NCBI GenBank assembly: GCA_040901675.1
Contig: JBBDYJ010000035.1
Coordinates: forward strand, 32,001 to 96,000
Length of the DNA: 64,000 nucleotides
Source: Pirellulales bacterium
Lineage (GTDB): Bacteria; Planctomycetota; Planctomycetia; Pirellulales; JAICIG01
Reading direction: 5' to 3'
The position numbers were made by a program, and so were the translations under genes. Below the pieces are notes generated by a model. That model had not been told where the DNA came from, did no database searches, and saw nothing but the letters and a program-made list of their open reading frames with translations. This document shows positions 9,277-19,700 of this stretch, piece by piece; within the stretch, counting starts at the first letter, position 1, and every line of letters starts with the position of its first letter.

Positions 9277-10917
9277 GTGCCCTTCAAAGATCTCGTCTGC
9301 TTCGCGAACACCACCGAAAGGCCCTGGATGGTCGGCCGCCGCCTTGACCTGTACTTGCGTGCTTGCGCGGCCGGCCTGTTGGCACTCTCGGCCACGGCGC
9401 CGGCGGCGGCCCAGGAATCGATCCCGCCTGGACGCCTCGAGAGCGGCCCCGCCTTCCCCGCCGGGCCTCCCGCGACGAACCTCGTGCCGGGCCTGCCCGA
9501 CCCGGATAACCAGCAGCAGGTGATCGACGTGCGGGTGGAAGGCCACCAGAGCATGCCCCTTCAAAGAATCAGGCGATTCATTCGGACCCGCGGCGGCCGC
9601 CCGCTCGATCCCGAGGTGGTCGAAGGCGACGTCCGCAACCTGGTCAAGTCGCGGCTGTTCCTGAGCGTCGACACTTCGTACCAACCGGTGCCCGGCGGCG
9701 TGATCGTCGTCTTTCACGTCGTCGAGCGGCCCATGCTGCAATACGTCCATTACGTGGGCAACACGATTGCCGTGCGGCATCTGGATAAGCAGACCGAACT
9801 GAAGAAGGGAGACGCGCTCGATCCATACGCGATCGAGGAAGCCCGCCGCAAACTCCAGGAGTATTACATCTCCAAGGGATTCTCCAAGGCCACCGTGAGT
9901 GTGGTCGAAGGCGGCAATTCGGCCGACCGCGGCGCGGTGTTCCTGATCAACGAGGGGCAAAAGCAGAAGATCCTTTACGTCGATTTCGTGGGCAACACCA
10001 TCGTGGGCGACGGGCGCTTGCAGACACAGATCGAGTCGAAACGCCCACTGCTATTCTTGTTCAAGGGCCAGGTCGACCGCGAAAAGATCGACGCCGACGT
10101 CGATCGGCTGACCACGTACTACCGCAGCCTTGGCTTCTTCAGCGCCCGCATCGGGCGCGAGCTGGTATTCAACGACAAGCAGAACTGGGCCAAGCTCACG
10201 TTCGTCATTGATGAGGGACCCCGTTACGTGGTCCGCAAGGTCTCCTTCATCGGCCACAGCAAGTTCAGCAGCGACGAGCTGGCGGCCGGACTCAAGCTCA
10301 AGGACAACCAGTTCTTCGACCAGGCGGCCATGACCAAGGACGTGTCGCTGCTGTCGGACAAGTACGGCAGCCAGGGCTACATCTTCGCCGACGTTCGGCC
10401 CGACCCGCGCTATGCCGAGGAGCCCGGCGAACTGGACCTGGTCTACCAGATCGCGGAAGGCGACCGCTACCGGGTGGGCCGGATCGACGTGCTGATCGAG
10501 GGCGAAAACCCGCACACGCAGCGCGACACGGTGCTCAATCGAATTTCGCTGCGGCCGGGCGACATTGTCGACGTCCGCCAGAAGCGGGCCAGCGAACGGC
10601 GGCTGCGGGCCTCAGGCCTGTTCATGAACGACCCAGCGCAGGGCATCCAGCCCAAGATCGTGTTCGGAAAGCCCAAAGTCAACGACGAGGCGATTTACGC
10701 CGAGCGACCGCCTGGCTCCGGATCATTCCGCGGACAGAGTCCTGATGGACCGCACTGGCGGCAGCCGGCGACCGGCAGTCCCGGTGATCGTTGGATCGTC
10801 CTCTCGGTTCAGGGGCGGCTGGCCGATCCTGGCCCGCTGGTGCCCCCCCAGTCGCCGGCGCCCGCGGCCGCTGCGGATCTCCAACAAAAGCCTGCTTCCA
10901 ACCGGGAGACATGGTGA
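9277..10917 (+). CDS. POTRA-domain protein (periplasmic part of a BamA/Omp85-like system)
   Basis: Signal-like N-terminus; repeated POTRA patterns (YYISKGFSKA, YYRSLGFFSA, KYGSQGYIFA, IxEG motifs); no beta-barrel; start may be ATG 9328. Confidence 0.85.
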   Translation: MPFKDLVCFANTTERPWMVGRRLDLYLRACAAGLLALSATAPAAAQESIPPGRLESGPAFPAGPPATNLVPGLPDPDNQQQVIDVRVEGHQSMPLQRIRRFIRTRGGRPLDPEVVEGDVRNLVKSRLFLSVDTSYQPVPGGVIVVFHVVERPMLQYVHYVGNTIAVRHLDKQTELKKGDALDPYAIEEARRKLQEYYISKGFSKATVSVVEGGNSADRGAVFLINEGQKQKILYVDFVGNTIVGDGRLQTQIESKRPLLFLFKGQVDREKIDADVDRLTTYYRSLGFFSARIGRELVFNDKQNWAKLTFVIDEGPRYVVRKVSFIGHSKFSSDELAAGLKLKDNQFFDQAAMTKDVSLLSDKYGSQGYIFADVRPDPRYAEEPGELDLVYQIAEGDRYRVGRIDVLIEGENPHTQRDTVLNRISLRPGDIVDVRQKRASERRLRASGLFMNDPAQGIQPKIVFGKPKVNDEAIYAERPPGSGSFRGQSPDGPHWRQPATGSPGDRWIVLSVQGRLADPGPLVPPQSPAPAAAADLQQKPASNRETW

Positions 10918-12701
10918 CAGCCGAATCCAGGCAGGCCATCGACCGGCAGCCAAGCGCGGCAGCCGCCCGCGTGCATCCGTGCCGCGGGTACGCGCTGGGC
11001 GTGGCGGTCGCATCGTGTATTCTGGCGGCCAGCCTGGCGCGGGCCGGCGAATCTTCCAACCGGCCGGCGCAGACCGTGGGACAGGTGCCGCTGAGAGCCA
11101 TCGGTCCGGATTCGCGGCAGGCGCCGCGCGAGCGCCCGCAGAGGGCTGGGCACCGCGGCGCCAGTGCGCAGGCCACCCCCCGGCGAAGCATGTCGCCCGT
11201 GGTTCGTGGTCAGAGCCCCGGCGAAGCCTGGGCCGGCGAGGGGGGCTATGACGACTCGCAGGCCTACTACCAGCAGGGCTCGCGGCCCGCACAGTCGTTC
11301 GGCTCGATTACGGCCGGCCAGGTCCCCATACAGCCCACCGACCCGTATTCGTCGCCCAGCTATCCGCGCCGGGATGCCGCCGGCCGCGGGGCCGTGGTGT
11401 CCGTTCAGTACACTTCTCCCACGGCGCCGCCCAACTACATCCCACCGCCGCGAGGCGGCGTTTATGTCCCACCCTCCACGCGATCGGTTCCGGAAGAAGA
11501 ACGCGTATTTACCGCTCCCGGCGCGGACGTTCCCTTTGGCGACGGCGGCGGATACGTGGGCCCCGAATTGATTCCGACCCCCGGTGAGCTTTATCCGCCC
11601 GACGTGCCCTTGTTCGAGCCGAGTATCGACTTGCAGGCGATCGCTCCTGAAACGCAGACCGGCCGGATCATGCTCGGCGTGGGCGTGAACTCCAACGCCG
11701 GCGTGGTCGGCAACATCGTCGTTGACGAGCAGAACTTCGACTGGCGGCGCTTCCCCTCGAGCTGGGAGGAAGTACGCAACGGCCAGGCATTCCGCGGCGC
11801 GGGCCAGCAGTTTCGCTTGGAAGCGGTGCCGGGCAACCAGGTGTCGCGATACCTGATCTCGTTCCGCGAGCCGTACCTGGGTGGCACGGGGATCAACTTC
11901 GGGCTGACCGGCTCGTTCTTCAACCGCCGTTACCGCGACTGGGACGAAGAACGCCTGGGCGGCCGCATCAGCCTGGGATACCAGTTCGCGCAGATCACGC
12001 CCGATCTGTCGGGGTCGGCCTCGCTGCGTCTGGAAAACGTGGAGATCAGCAACGCCCGCTTCCCGACGCCCCCCGAACTGGCCCGCGTCATCGGCGACAA
12101 TGGTGTGTATTCGGCCGAGTTCGCCCTGATGTACGACACCCGCGACAGCGCTTTTTTGCCCACGGAGGGAGGCCGGCTCAAGCTGGCTTTCGAGCAGGCC
12201 TTCGGCGACTTTGATTTTGGCCGCGCCACCGTCGAAGCACGCCGCTACTTTTTGATGCGCGAGCGGCCTGACGGATCGGGCCGGCACGTGCTCACCTTGG
12301 GAACCGACTTGGGCTTTACAAGCAGCGATACGCCGATTTTCGAGAACTTCTTTGCCGGCGGCTACACCACGCTGCGCGGCTTTTATTTTCGCGAGGCGTC
12401 GCCCCGCAGCATGAACGTGGTGGTCGGCGGGCGATTCCAGTGGATCAACTCGGTCGAATACATGTTCCCCGTCACGGCCGACGACGCCCTGCGGGGCGTG
12501 GTGTTCTGCGACTTCGGCACGGTCGAACGGGAAGTGGAGCTGCACAGCGAGAACTTCCGCGTTTCACCCGGCGTCGGCATCCGCGTGACCATCCCCGCCA
12601 TGGGTCCCGCGCCCATTGCTTTGGACCTTGCCTTCCCCGTGGCCCACGCCGACGGCGACCGCATCCAGACCGTCAGCTTCTTCGTCGGCTTCAGCCGTTG
12701 A
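10911..12701 (+). CDS. BamA/TamA (Omp85) beta-barrel protein without POTRA domains
   Basis: TGRIMLGVGVNS, FREPYL, FFAGGYTTLRGF (VRGF-like loop 6), PIALDLAFP, C-terminal FFVGFSR; own RBS (GGAG) and ATG overlapping the upstream stop. Confidence 0.9.
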   Translation: MVTAESRQAIDRQPSAAAARVHPCRGYALGVAVASCILAASLARAGESSNRPAQTVGQVPLRAIGPDSRQAPRERPQRAGHRGASAQATPRRSMSPVVRGQSPGEAWAGEGGYDDSQAYYQQGSRPAQSFGSITAGQVPIQPTDPYSSPSYPRRDAAGRGAVVSVQYTSPTAPPNYIPPPRGGVYVPPSTRSVPEEERVFTAPGADVPFGDGGGYVGPELIPTPGELYPPDVPLFEPSIDLQAIAPETQTGRIMLGVGVNSNAGVVGNIVVDEQNFDWRRFPSSWEEVRNGQAFRGAGQQFRLEAVPGNQVSRYLISFREPYLGGTGINFGLTGSFFNRRYRDWDEERLGGRISLGYQFAQITPDLSGSASLRLENVEISNARFPTPPELARVIGDNGVYSAEFALMYDTRDSAFLPTEGGRLKLAFEQAFGDFDFGRATVEARRYFLMRERPDGSGRHVLTLGTDLGFTSSDTPIFENFFAGGYTTLRGFYFREASPRSMNVVVGGRFQWINSVEYMFPVTADDALRGVVFCDFGTVEREVELHSENFRVSPGVGIRVTIPAMGPAPIALDLAFPVAHADGDRIQTVSFFVGFSR

Positions 12702-12702
12702 C

Positions 12703-12767
12703 GCTAGTTGCTAGTTCCTGGTTGCTAGTTCCTAAGAACAACTAGCAACCAGCAACTAGCAACTAGC
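12703..12767. terminator. Heptamer-repeat hairpin, probable bidirectional terminator
   Basis: GCTAGTT-type units (12703-12730) pair with AACTAGC-type units (12740-12767), 28 bp with one mismatch, between convergent genes. Confidence 0.7.
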
Positions 12768-12769
12768 AA

Positions 12770-13555
12770 CTAATTGCGTCCCAGCAGCCGGTCGACGGCG
12801 GCGCCGATATCGGGGCTGGCCATCAGCGTTTCGCCCACCAGGATCGCGTCGACGCCCGCCGCCTCGAGCCGCTCCACGTCCGAGCGCGTGCGAATGCCGC
12901 TTTCGCTGATCAGCACGCACTCGTCCGGCACCCGCGGACGCAGCCGCAACGTGTGCGACAGGTCGGTCTCGAACGTCCGCAGGTCGCGGTTGTTGATGCC
13001 GATCAACGTGGCCCCGGCGTCGAAGACCCGCTGCAGGTTGTCCGGCTCATACAGCTCGACCAGCGGAGCGAGCCCCAACTCCAGTGCCTCGTCGTGCAGC
13101 GAGCGGAGCTGGCAATCATCGAGGCATTCGGCAATCAACAGCACGGCGTCGGCGCCGGCTGCCCGCGCCTCCAGCAATTGGTACCGATCGAGAATAAAAT
13201 CCTTGCGGAGCACCGGCAAATCGACCGCCGCGCGCACTTGCCGCAGGGAGTCCAGGTGTCCCTGGAAATAAGTCTCATCCGTCAGCACGCTCAGGCAGGC
13301 GGCGCCGTGGCGCTGATACGTCAGGGCTATCTCCACCGGGTCGAAGTCCGCCCGGATCAACCCCTTCGAAGGACTGGCTTTCTTCACCTCCGCCACCAGC
13401 CGGATGGGACCTGGCCCGGCCAACGCGGCGAAAAAATCACGCACCCTCCCAGTGCCGGCCAGTTGCTCCAGCAGCAGGGACTCGGGCCGCTCCAGCTTGG
13501 CCAGGGCGATCTCCCGCCGCTTGCTGGCCATGATCTTGTCGAGAAGGGTGTCCAT
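12770..13555 (-). CDS. trpC: Indole-3-glycerol phosphate synthase
   Basis: AEVKKASPSKG, LSVLTD, LRKDFI, GINNRDL, SESGI, LVGETLM. Confidence 0.97.
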   Translation of the reverse strand: MDTLLDKIMASKRREIALAKLERPESLLLEQLAGTGRVRDFFAALAGPGPIRLVAEVKKASPSKGLIRADFDPVEIALTYQRHGAACLSVLTDETYFQGHLDSLRQVRAAVDLPVLRKDFILDRYQLLEARAAGADAVLLIAECLDDCQLRSLHDEALELGLAPLVELYEPDNLQRVFDAGATLIGINNRDLRTFETDLSHTLRLRPRVPDECVLISESGIRTRSDVERLEAAGVDAILVGETLMASPDIGAAVDRLLGRN

Positions 13556-13573
13556 CAAAAAGGCAACCAGGAG

Positions 13574-13633
13574 CTAGAGCAGGCCGAAAGCCTACTCTAC
13601 AAGGAGGTACAGCAGGCTGGAAGCCTACTCTAC
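13574..13633 (-). repeat. GTAG-type REP doublet, family A
   Basis: Minus strand: GTAGAGTAGGCTTCCAGCCTGCTGTAC and GTAGAGTAGGCTTTCGGCCTGCTCTAG, two short palindromes in direct orientation. Confidence 0.75.
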
Positions 13634-13640
13634 AAGGCCC

Positions 13641-15224
13641 TCAGTGCTTGAAGTGCCGCCGCCCCGTGAAAACCATGGCCAGCTTGTGGGCGTTGGCGGC
13701 CGAAATCACCTCGTCGTCCTTGCGCGAGCCGCCCGGCTGGATCAACGCGGTCACGCCCGCGGCGGCCGCAGCCTCGATCGAGTCGGCAAACGGAAAGAAG
13801 GCGTCCGAGGCCAACGCGGCCCCCGCGGACTTCGCGCCCGCCTTGGCCAGAGCAATCTGCACCGAATCGACGCGGCTCATCTGTCCCGCGCCCACGCCGG
13901 CCAGCGCCTGCTCGCGGCACACCACGATCGCGTTCGACTTGACGTGCCGCACCAGCCACCACGCAAAATGCAGGTCCAGCCATTCGCTCTCGGTGGGGCT
14001 GCGATGGCTCACGGTCTTCCAGTCGCTGGTCGGATCGGCGAGCACGTCGGCCTCCTGCACCAGCAGCCCGCCCGCCACGCGCCGGTAGTCCCAGCGCGGC
14101 GCCTCGGCCGGCAGCGAACCCACCTCCATCAGCCGCACGTTGGCCTTCCACTTGGGCCGCGTGGTCAGCAGCTCCAAAGCTTCGGCCGTGTAGCCGGGAG
14201 CGACGATGGCTTCGATAAACCGATCCGGCTCCACGAGCACTTCGGCCGACGGGGCGTCGACAACGCGGTTGAAGCCGAGCACGGAGCCGAAAGCGCTGAC
14301 CGGATCGCCCGCAAGCGCGCGCCGCGTGGCCATGGCCAGCGCCTGCGCCTGGGCGGCGCCGCACGGATTGTTGTGTTTGATGACCGCGGCGGCCGGGCCC
14401 TCCAAACCTCGCACGATGGCCAAGGCGCTATCGAGATCGAGCAGGTTATTGTACGACAGCTCTTTGCCATTCAGTTGCCGGGCCGATACCACGTTGTCCC
14501 GGCCGGCAAGCGGCTCGGCGTACAAAGCCGCCCGCTGGTGCGGGTTTTCACCGTAGCGGAGCACCTGGCCGAGCGACAGATCCAACTGCCAGCGCGGGCC
14601 GAATGGTTGCTCAAGCTCGCCATGGGACTCCTGCTGGCGCGCAAACCAGGCGGCAATGGCGCCGTCGTAGCGCGCCGTATGGTCGAAGGCGGCAGCCGCC
14701 AGCTTCCGCCGCAGCTCGATCGACGTGCGGCCGTGCGCGGCGATCTGCTCCAGGATCTCGCCATACTGCTCGGGGCTTGTGGCTACGGTGACAAAGGCAT
14801 GGTTCTTGGCCGCGGCGCGCACCAGCGACGGCCCGCCGATGTCGATTTGCTCGATCGCCTCAGCCGGAGAAACATGGTCGCGGGCGATCGTCGCCTCGAA
14901 CGGATAGAGATTCACGACCACCAACTCGAACGGAACAATGCCGTGCCGCGCCAGTTCCTCCATGTCCTGGGCATGATCGTGCCGGCAGAGGATGCCCCCG
15001 TGCACTTTGGGGTGCAGGGTCTTGATCCGCCCGTCCATCATCTCCGGGAAGCCGGTATAGGCCGATACGTCCTCGACGGCGAGCCCATCCGCTTCCAGCG
15101 AGGCGCGCGTGCCCCCCGTGCTGTAAATCCGCACGCCGGCGGCGGCCAATCCGCGGGCGAACTCCCCCAGGCCGGCTTTATTGCTCACGCTGATCAGCGC
15201 TCGCTGAATTCGTGGCGATTCCAT
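13641..15224 (-). CDS. purH: Bifunctional AICAR transformylase/IMP cyclohydrolase
   Basis: RALISVS, STGGT, KTLHPKVHGG, LRYGENPHQ, KHNNPCG, SDAFFPF, RHFKH. Confidence 0.98.
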   Translation of the reverse strand: MESPRIQRALISVSNKAGLGEFARGLAAAGVRIYSTGGTRASLEADGLAVEDVSAYTGFPEMMDGRIKTLHPKVHGGILCRHDHAQDMEELARHGIVPFELVVVNLYPFEATIARDHVSPAEAIEQIDIGGPSLVRAAAKNHAFVTVATSPEQYGEILEQIAAHGRTSIELRRKLAAAAFDHTARYDGAIAAWFARQQESHGELEQPFGPRWQLDLSLGQVLRYGENPHQRAALYAEPLAGRDNVVSARQLNGKELSYNNLLDLDSALAIVRGLEGPAAAVIKHNNPCGAAQAQALAMATRRALAGDPVSAFGSVLGFNRVVDAPSAEVLVEPDRFIEAIVAPGYTAEALELLTTRPKWKANVRLMEVGSLPAEAPRWDYRRVAGGLLVQEADVLADPTSDWKTVSHRSPTESEWLDLHFAWWLVRHVKSNAIVVCREQALAGVGAGQMSRVDSVQIALAKAGAKSAGAALASDAFFPFADSIEAAAAAGVTALIQPGGSRKDDEVISAANAHKLAMVFTGRRHFKH

Positions 15225-15290
15225 TGGCCATCCGTGGGGCAGGCCTGGCGCGAGCGACCGGAAGGTTGCCCTCGTGCTCGCACCGGCAGG

Positions 15291-16652
15291 CTAGTCAAAG
15301 GGATCCGCCGCTTCATCCGCCGCGTCGGCCGGCTCTTCCATCTCGGCCTCGGCCTCCTCGCTGTCCGGCTCGTCGCTGTCCGGCTCGTCGCTGTCCGGCT
15401 CGTCGCTGTCCGGCTCGTCGGTCTCCGGCTCTTCGCCTTCGGCCGGCTCGTCGGGGGCCACCGGGGCGGGCGGGCGGGCACGATGGATCACCGGCTCGCT
15501 CAATTGAACTTCGTGCAGGCATTGGATCAAGCCGGTCCGCGTGCCCAGGTAGATCCGGTCGGTCTGGTCGTTGACTAGCTTCAGGTCCAACGCCGAGGTT
15601 TCCAGCGATCCAAGCCGGGCGCCGCTCTGCGCGTCGAGAATCACCAACCTGCCCAGCAAATCGACCGTGTATAAGCGCGTCGGGCTGGCCGCGACAAAGT
15701 GGTATATGCCCGGCACCGACCATTGCTCCACCCCCGTCTCCACCGACAGCCGGAACAGACCGCCCGTCTCGGGAATCAAGAACAGCGAGTCACCGATCAC
15801 TACCGGCTGTTCCACGACCGGATTGCCGCTGGAGAACTTCCACGAGGCATAGCCCCGTTCTTCGCGGATCGCATACACGTAGCCGTCTCGCGAGGCGGCG
15901 TACACGAACGGCGTTCGGTACGACAGCGGGGCCGTGATTGCACCGCGGGCGCTGAACTTGAATCGCGCCGCCAGGTCCTCCGGAGTGACCGAATAAACGT
16001 TGCCTTGCGACGTCGCCCAAACCACGTTGGTCGAGGTGACAATCGGCGCCGACTCGGCCATCCCTTTGCCCTGGTACACCAGCGGCTGGTCCTTCAGCAA
16101 CTTCTCCAACGGGTCCAGCAGATCGTCCTCTTTCGGATCAGGCAGCAGGTAGCTCATCAGCACGCCGCTCGTCAAAGGCACGTAGGCCCGATTGTGACTG
16201 ATCGCCACCCCGGCGCTCGGCACCCCGTTCAGCCGCTTCTCCCAGACCAGGCGGCCTGTGTCGCGCTCAAACAGATACAGGTGCGCCCCGTTGTTGGTGA
16301 CGACGAATCGGTCGTTGGCGGCCGGCGGCGTCACGGGATAATTGGGACGGCCAACATGGGCGATCCAGAGCGTCCGCCGCGTCTCCGCGTCCATCACCTG
16401 GATCGTGGCCTGGTCGGTCTGCACCATCAACAGGCCGTCTTCGAGCGACACGTGTGCAATCCGCCCGCGCGAACGGTCCACCTCGACCTGCGTCACCCAG
16501 GCCCGCGTCAGGCCGTGCCGCAATGCCTCGCTCTGAGGTATGATTTCCCGCCCAAGACGCTGGGCCCAGGCAGAACGTGTCGAGAACATTGCCGCGGCCG
16601 CCAGCACGGCCAGCGCCAGCACGGACCAGCGTCGAATCACCACGAATTTCAT
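15291..16652 (-). CDS. Secreted PQQ-like beta-propeller repeat protein (BamB-like) with an acidic repeat tail
   Basis: Signal peptide ending AWA; xxTGxxxW propeller blades; C-terminal (DEPDS)n. Confidence 0.8.
   Translation of the reverse strand: MKFVVIRRWSVLALAVLAAAAMFSTRSAWAQRLGREIIPQSEALRHGLTRAWVTQVEVDRSRGRIAHVSLEDGLLMVQTDQATIQVMDAETRRTLWIAHVGRPNYPVTPPAANDRFVVTNNGAHLYLFERDTGRLVWEKRLNGVPSAGVAISHNRAYVPLTSGVLMSYLLPDPKEDDLLDPLEKLLKDQPLVYQGKGMAESAPIVTSTNVVWATSQGNVYSVTPEDLAARFKFSARGAITAPLSYRTPFVYAASRDGYVYAIREERGYASWKFSSGNPVVEQPVVIGDSLFLIPETGGLFRLSVETGVEQWSVPGIYHFVAASPTRLYTVDLLGRLVILDAQSGARLGSLETSALDLKLVNDQTDRIYLGTRTGLIQCLHEVQLSEPVIHRARPPAPVAPDEPAEGEEPETDEPDSDEPDSDEPDSDEPDSEEAEAEMEEPADAADEAADPFD
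15361..15420. repeat. 15-bp coding tandem repeat, 4 perfect copies
   Basis: CTGTCCGGCTCGTCG x4, encoding DEPDS on the minus strand. Confidence 0.95.
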
Positions 16653-16794
16653 CGATGCGACTCCCTCATTCCCTCCGGCGGCGGATAGCGTAGGCGGGCC
16701 AACCTCTCTATCATAATCGGTGAGCCGGTCAGGCGGCACGAAAAAAACGGCGTTTTCGCGGACAAAACGCCTCCCGACGGCCCGGAGATGCTTG

Positions 16795-19700
16795 ATGGAT
16801 CCAGCGACGTCCCTCACAAAAGACCAGGCGGCCTTGGAAATGCTCGGCTACCTGAACTTTTCCTCGGGGACCTCGGATGCCCGATTCCTGAGCAATCTGA
16901 ACGCCGTCGCCGGATGCCTCATGGCAGCCAACCCCCCCCAGGGCAACTGGTGGAACCAACTCGGCCACTGGCTCGTGGCACAGCTCGGAGCCTGCCGCGG
17001 CACTTCGGCTGCCTTCAGCCACCTGGAGCAGGCCGAGGCGATCATCCCGCTGGTACTCCACGGCTTACTGCCCGCCTATCGCGATTTTCACCGGGAGCTA
17101 CTGTTCCATCAGTCCGAGGCGGACTTGTTCCAGCCTTTCTTTGTCGGGCGGGCCTTCGAGGCGGCCTTGGAACAGGGACCTGCCTGGCATGACCGGGAGC
17201 GGATCGTGGCCGGGGCGCTGGGCCGGCTGAACGACTTCGTGGGCCATCGTCCGGTCGCCGTGCTGAGGACGGCCCACAAGATCGAACCCTACCCGCACGA
17301 ACTGGTACGGCCGATCCCGATTTATATCCGGGGGGCCGGCGTGGCGGTGGGCAGGTACCAGGGCGTGATCGAGCAGGCACTGGCGATCCTCGCCGCGTCG
17401 CCGCCGGAAATCCAGGAGCAGTCCTGGTTCGATCTCGACTTGCTGGACGAGCTGGCCGTCGATCCGCGGGCCTATGACTTCGATCATCCCGTGAACAAGC
17501 GGCCCAACTACCAGTTTGGCCAATGGGACCCGCACCACATCGACAACCTGGGACGCTACCGCCGCTTTGTCTTGCAGCAAGTGACCCTCGATGCGCTGGT
17601 CGATCGGGTCGACTCGCCCGGCGAGCTGGCGCGCGGCGAGGCCTTGTTCGAAGCCGGAGCCGTGCTGGCCGGCGTCGTGCTCATGGCTGCCGGCATTTCC
17701 GGACGCGGGCCCGACACGCACGATTCCACCGTGACGTTGGCCACCCTCCTGCCCACAATCGCCGGCTATCGCGATGCCTTCTACAGCGCCCTGCTGGAAG
17801 GCCTCGCCGGCCCGCACGGCCAGCGGCTGCGGGCTGAAGCCGCCGCCTTGAAGCAGCCATTCGGCGGCGCCCGCCAGCACCTCAACCAGCGGCTCGCCCG
17901 GCTGCGCGCCATCCAGCTTCAGCACGTGCATCTCGCCCAGTTGTTTGCCCGCATGGGCTACCCCCAGGCCAGCAGCCGCCAGGCCCGCGTCGTGCCGGTC
18001 GCTTCGGCCCGCTTGCTGTGCGAGATCAACGGCCGGCTGACCGCGGCCCACCACGCCATCGACCGTGTTCAACTGGAGGAGGCCGGCCGCCTGCTCCCCG
18101 AAATCGAAGACCTTCTCCAGCGGGCCATCGAATGCGGGGCGCTGGTCGATCCTTGGAACATCCTCGGATTTCAGGGGCAGTTCAGCTTGTTCCCCGCCGT
18201 GGAGAACAGCGTCCGCGATCACCGGGTCGATGTGCTGGTGCACCTCGTCTCCGAGATCTTCGGCCTTTACGCACGCCTGCAGGGCGAGGCCGCGGCGCGC
18301 GGCCAGGCACCGTTGGCCGAGACGCTGTCGGGGCGGCTCGCTGCGTTGGCTCGCTGGTGGGATCGCTTCGCCACGCTCGACGTGGAGGGGGTCGAGCATG
18401 TTTCGGGACGCGAGGCTGCCGAATCGGCCGCGCACGTTGCCGCCGCGCTGGGCGCCTGGCATCAGGTGGGAGCCGCTGCCGGCGATCTCGGCTTCTGGCG
18501 GAAGCACGTCCAACGCTTCAACTCGCCCAAAGCCTACGCGCTGGTCGTCGAGGCCCTGCTGGAGAAACGCGATTTCGTGGCTTCCATGGCCCTTCTGATC
18601 CAATGGATTGGCCGGGCCCAGCAGGTGCCGCTCCTCGATGGCGAGTACTCATTTTGCGACCTGGCAATCGCCTGGCTGCAGGCGCTGCGCGAACCCTCGC
18701 CGGCCCGCGTCCGGACGGATCCTTCCGCACGGCAAGCTGCCGCTCCCGATCCGCCTACGGCGGACCAGCGCTGGCAGTGGTGCACCCGCTTCTTCGATTA
18801 CCTGGAAGCCAATGCCGAGGAATACTGGGAAGTCCCCCGCTTCGAGCTGGCAAACAATGCATCCGCCCAGTCGAGGCCGTCCGACGACGACCCCGACGAC
18901 GGCAACCGGCACGGCCTGTTCAGTGCGGCCTACGAGGAGGTCAGCTACCGCGATAGCACCGACGACGGCCTCGAGGCCGATATGCTCCAGGGCGGTCCGC
19001 CGGCCGGCGACGTCGAGCTGAACCTGGAATTCGAGCGGCTGGCAAAGCGGCTGCTGTTTTTGTCCACCCTGGCCCGGCTGTGGAAGATCGCGGCCGCCTG
19101 TTCCGTTGCCGGCGGCGACTGCGCCGGACACGACGAAGTGCTGCGGGCCTGGTTTGCAAGGGCCGTGGCCAATCGCCGCGATCTGTTCGACCTGCTCAAC
19201 ACGGTCCACCGCTATCCGTTAAACGAGCCTGCGGCCGGCCGCGAGTCGCTGCTGGAGTACAACCGCCGCCGCGCCGCGAAGGAATGGCTGCTGGCGAGGA
19301 TCATCGCCGCTTGCGTCGATACGTCGGACGCGGCCCGCTTGCTGGCGGCAGCCGCCGAACGCCTCGACGCCGGCGGCGACCTGGCCGCCTGGGAGCGGTC
19401 GGCCGTCGACGTGCTGCGGCCCATGTTTCGTGGAGACGCACAGCGCACTCAGGCCTGTTTCGCGGCACTTCGCCCCTTGCTGGAGCAAGAACCGATCGTG
19501 TACGTGCCGCTCGCTAGGCACGGCGCACCCGGCCCGATCGTGGGAGCTTATACGCTGCAGCAGCTCTTGCTGGGCCTGTTGGCCGGCTTTCCCCGGCTGG
19601 GGCTGTTGGCTGAAACCTGCCAGGTGATCGAAACGACCCACAACATGGAACAGCATCGCCCTCCGGGCAAACCGGCCATTACCGAGTTCGGCCGCCTGTT

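Noticed and set aside
10791..10917. Sequencing frameshift as the explanation for the split bamA
   Set aside because: The second ORF has its own RBS, ATG and signal-like segment, and long non-BamA linkers separate the domains; a read check is still advisable
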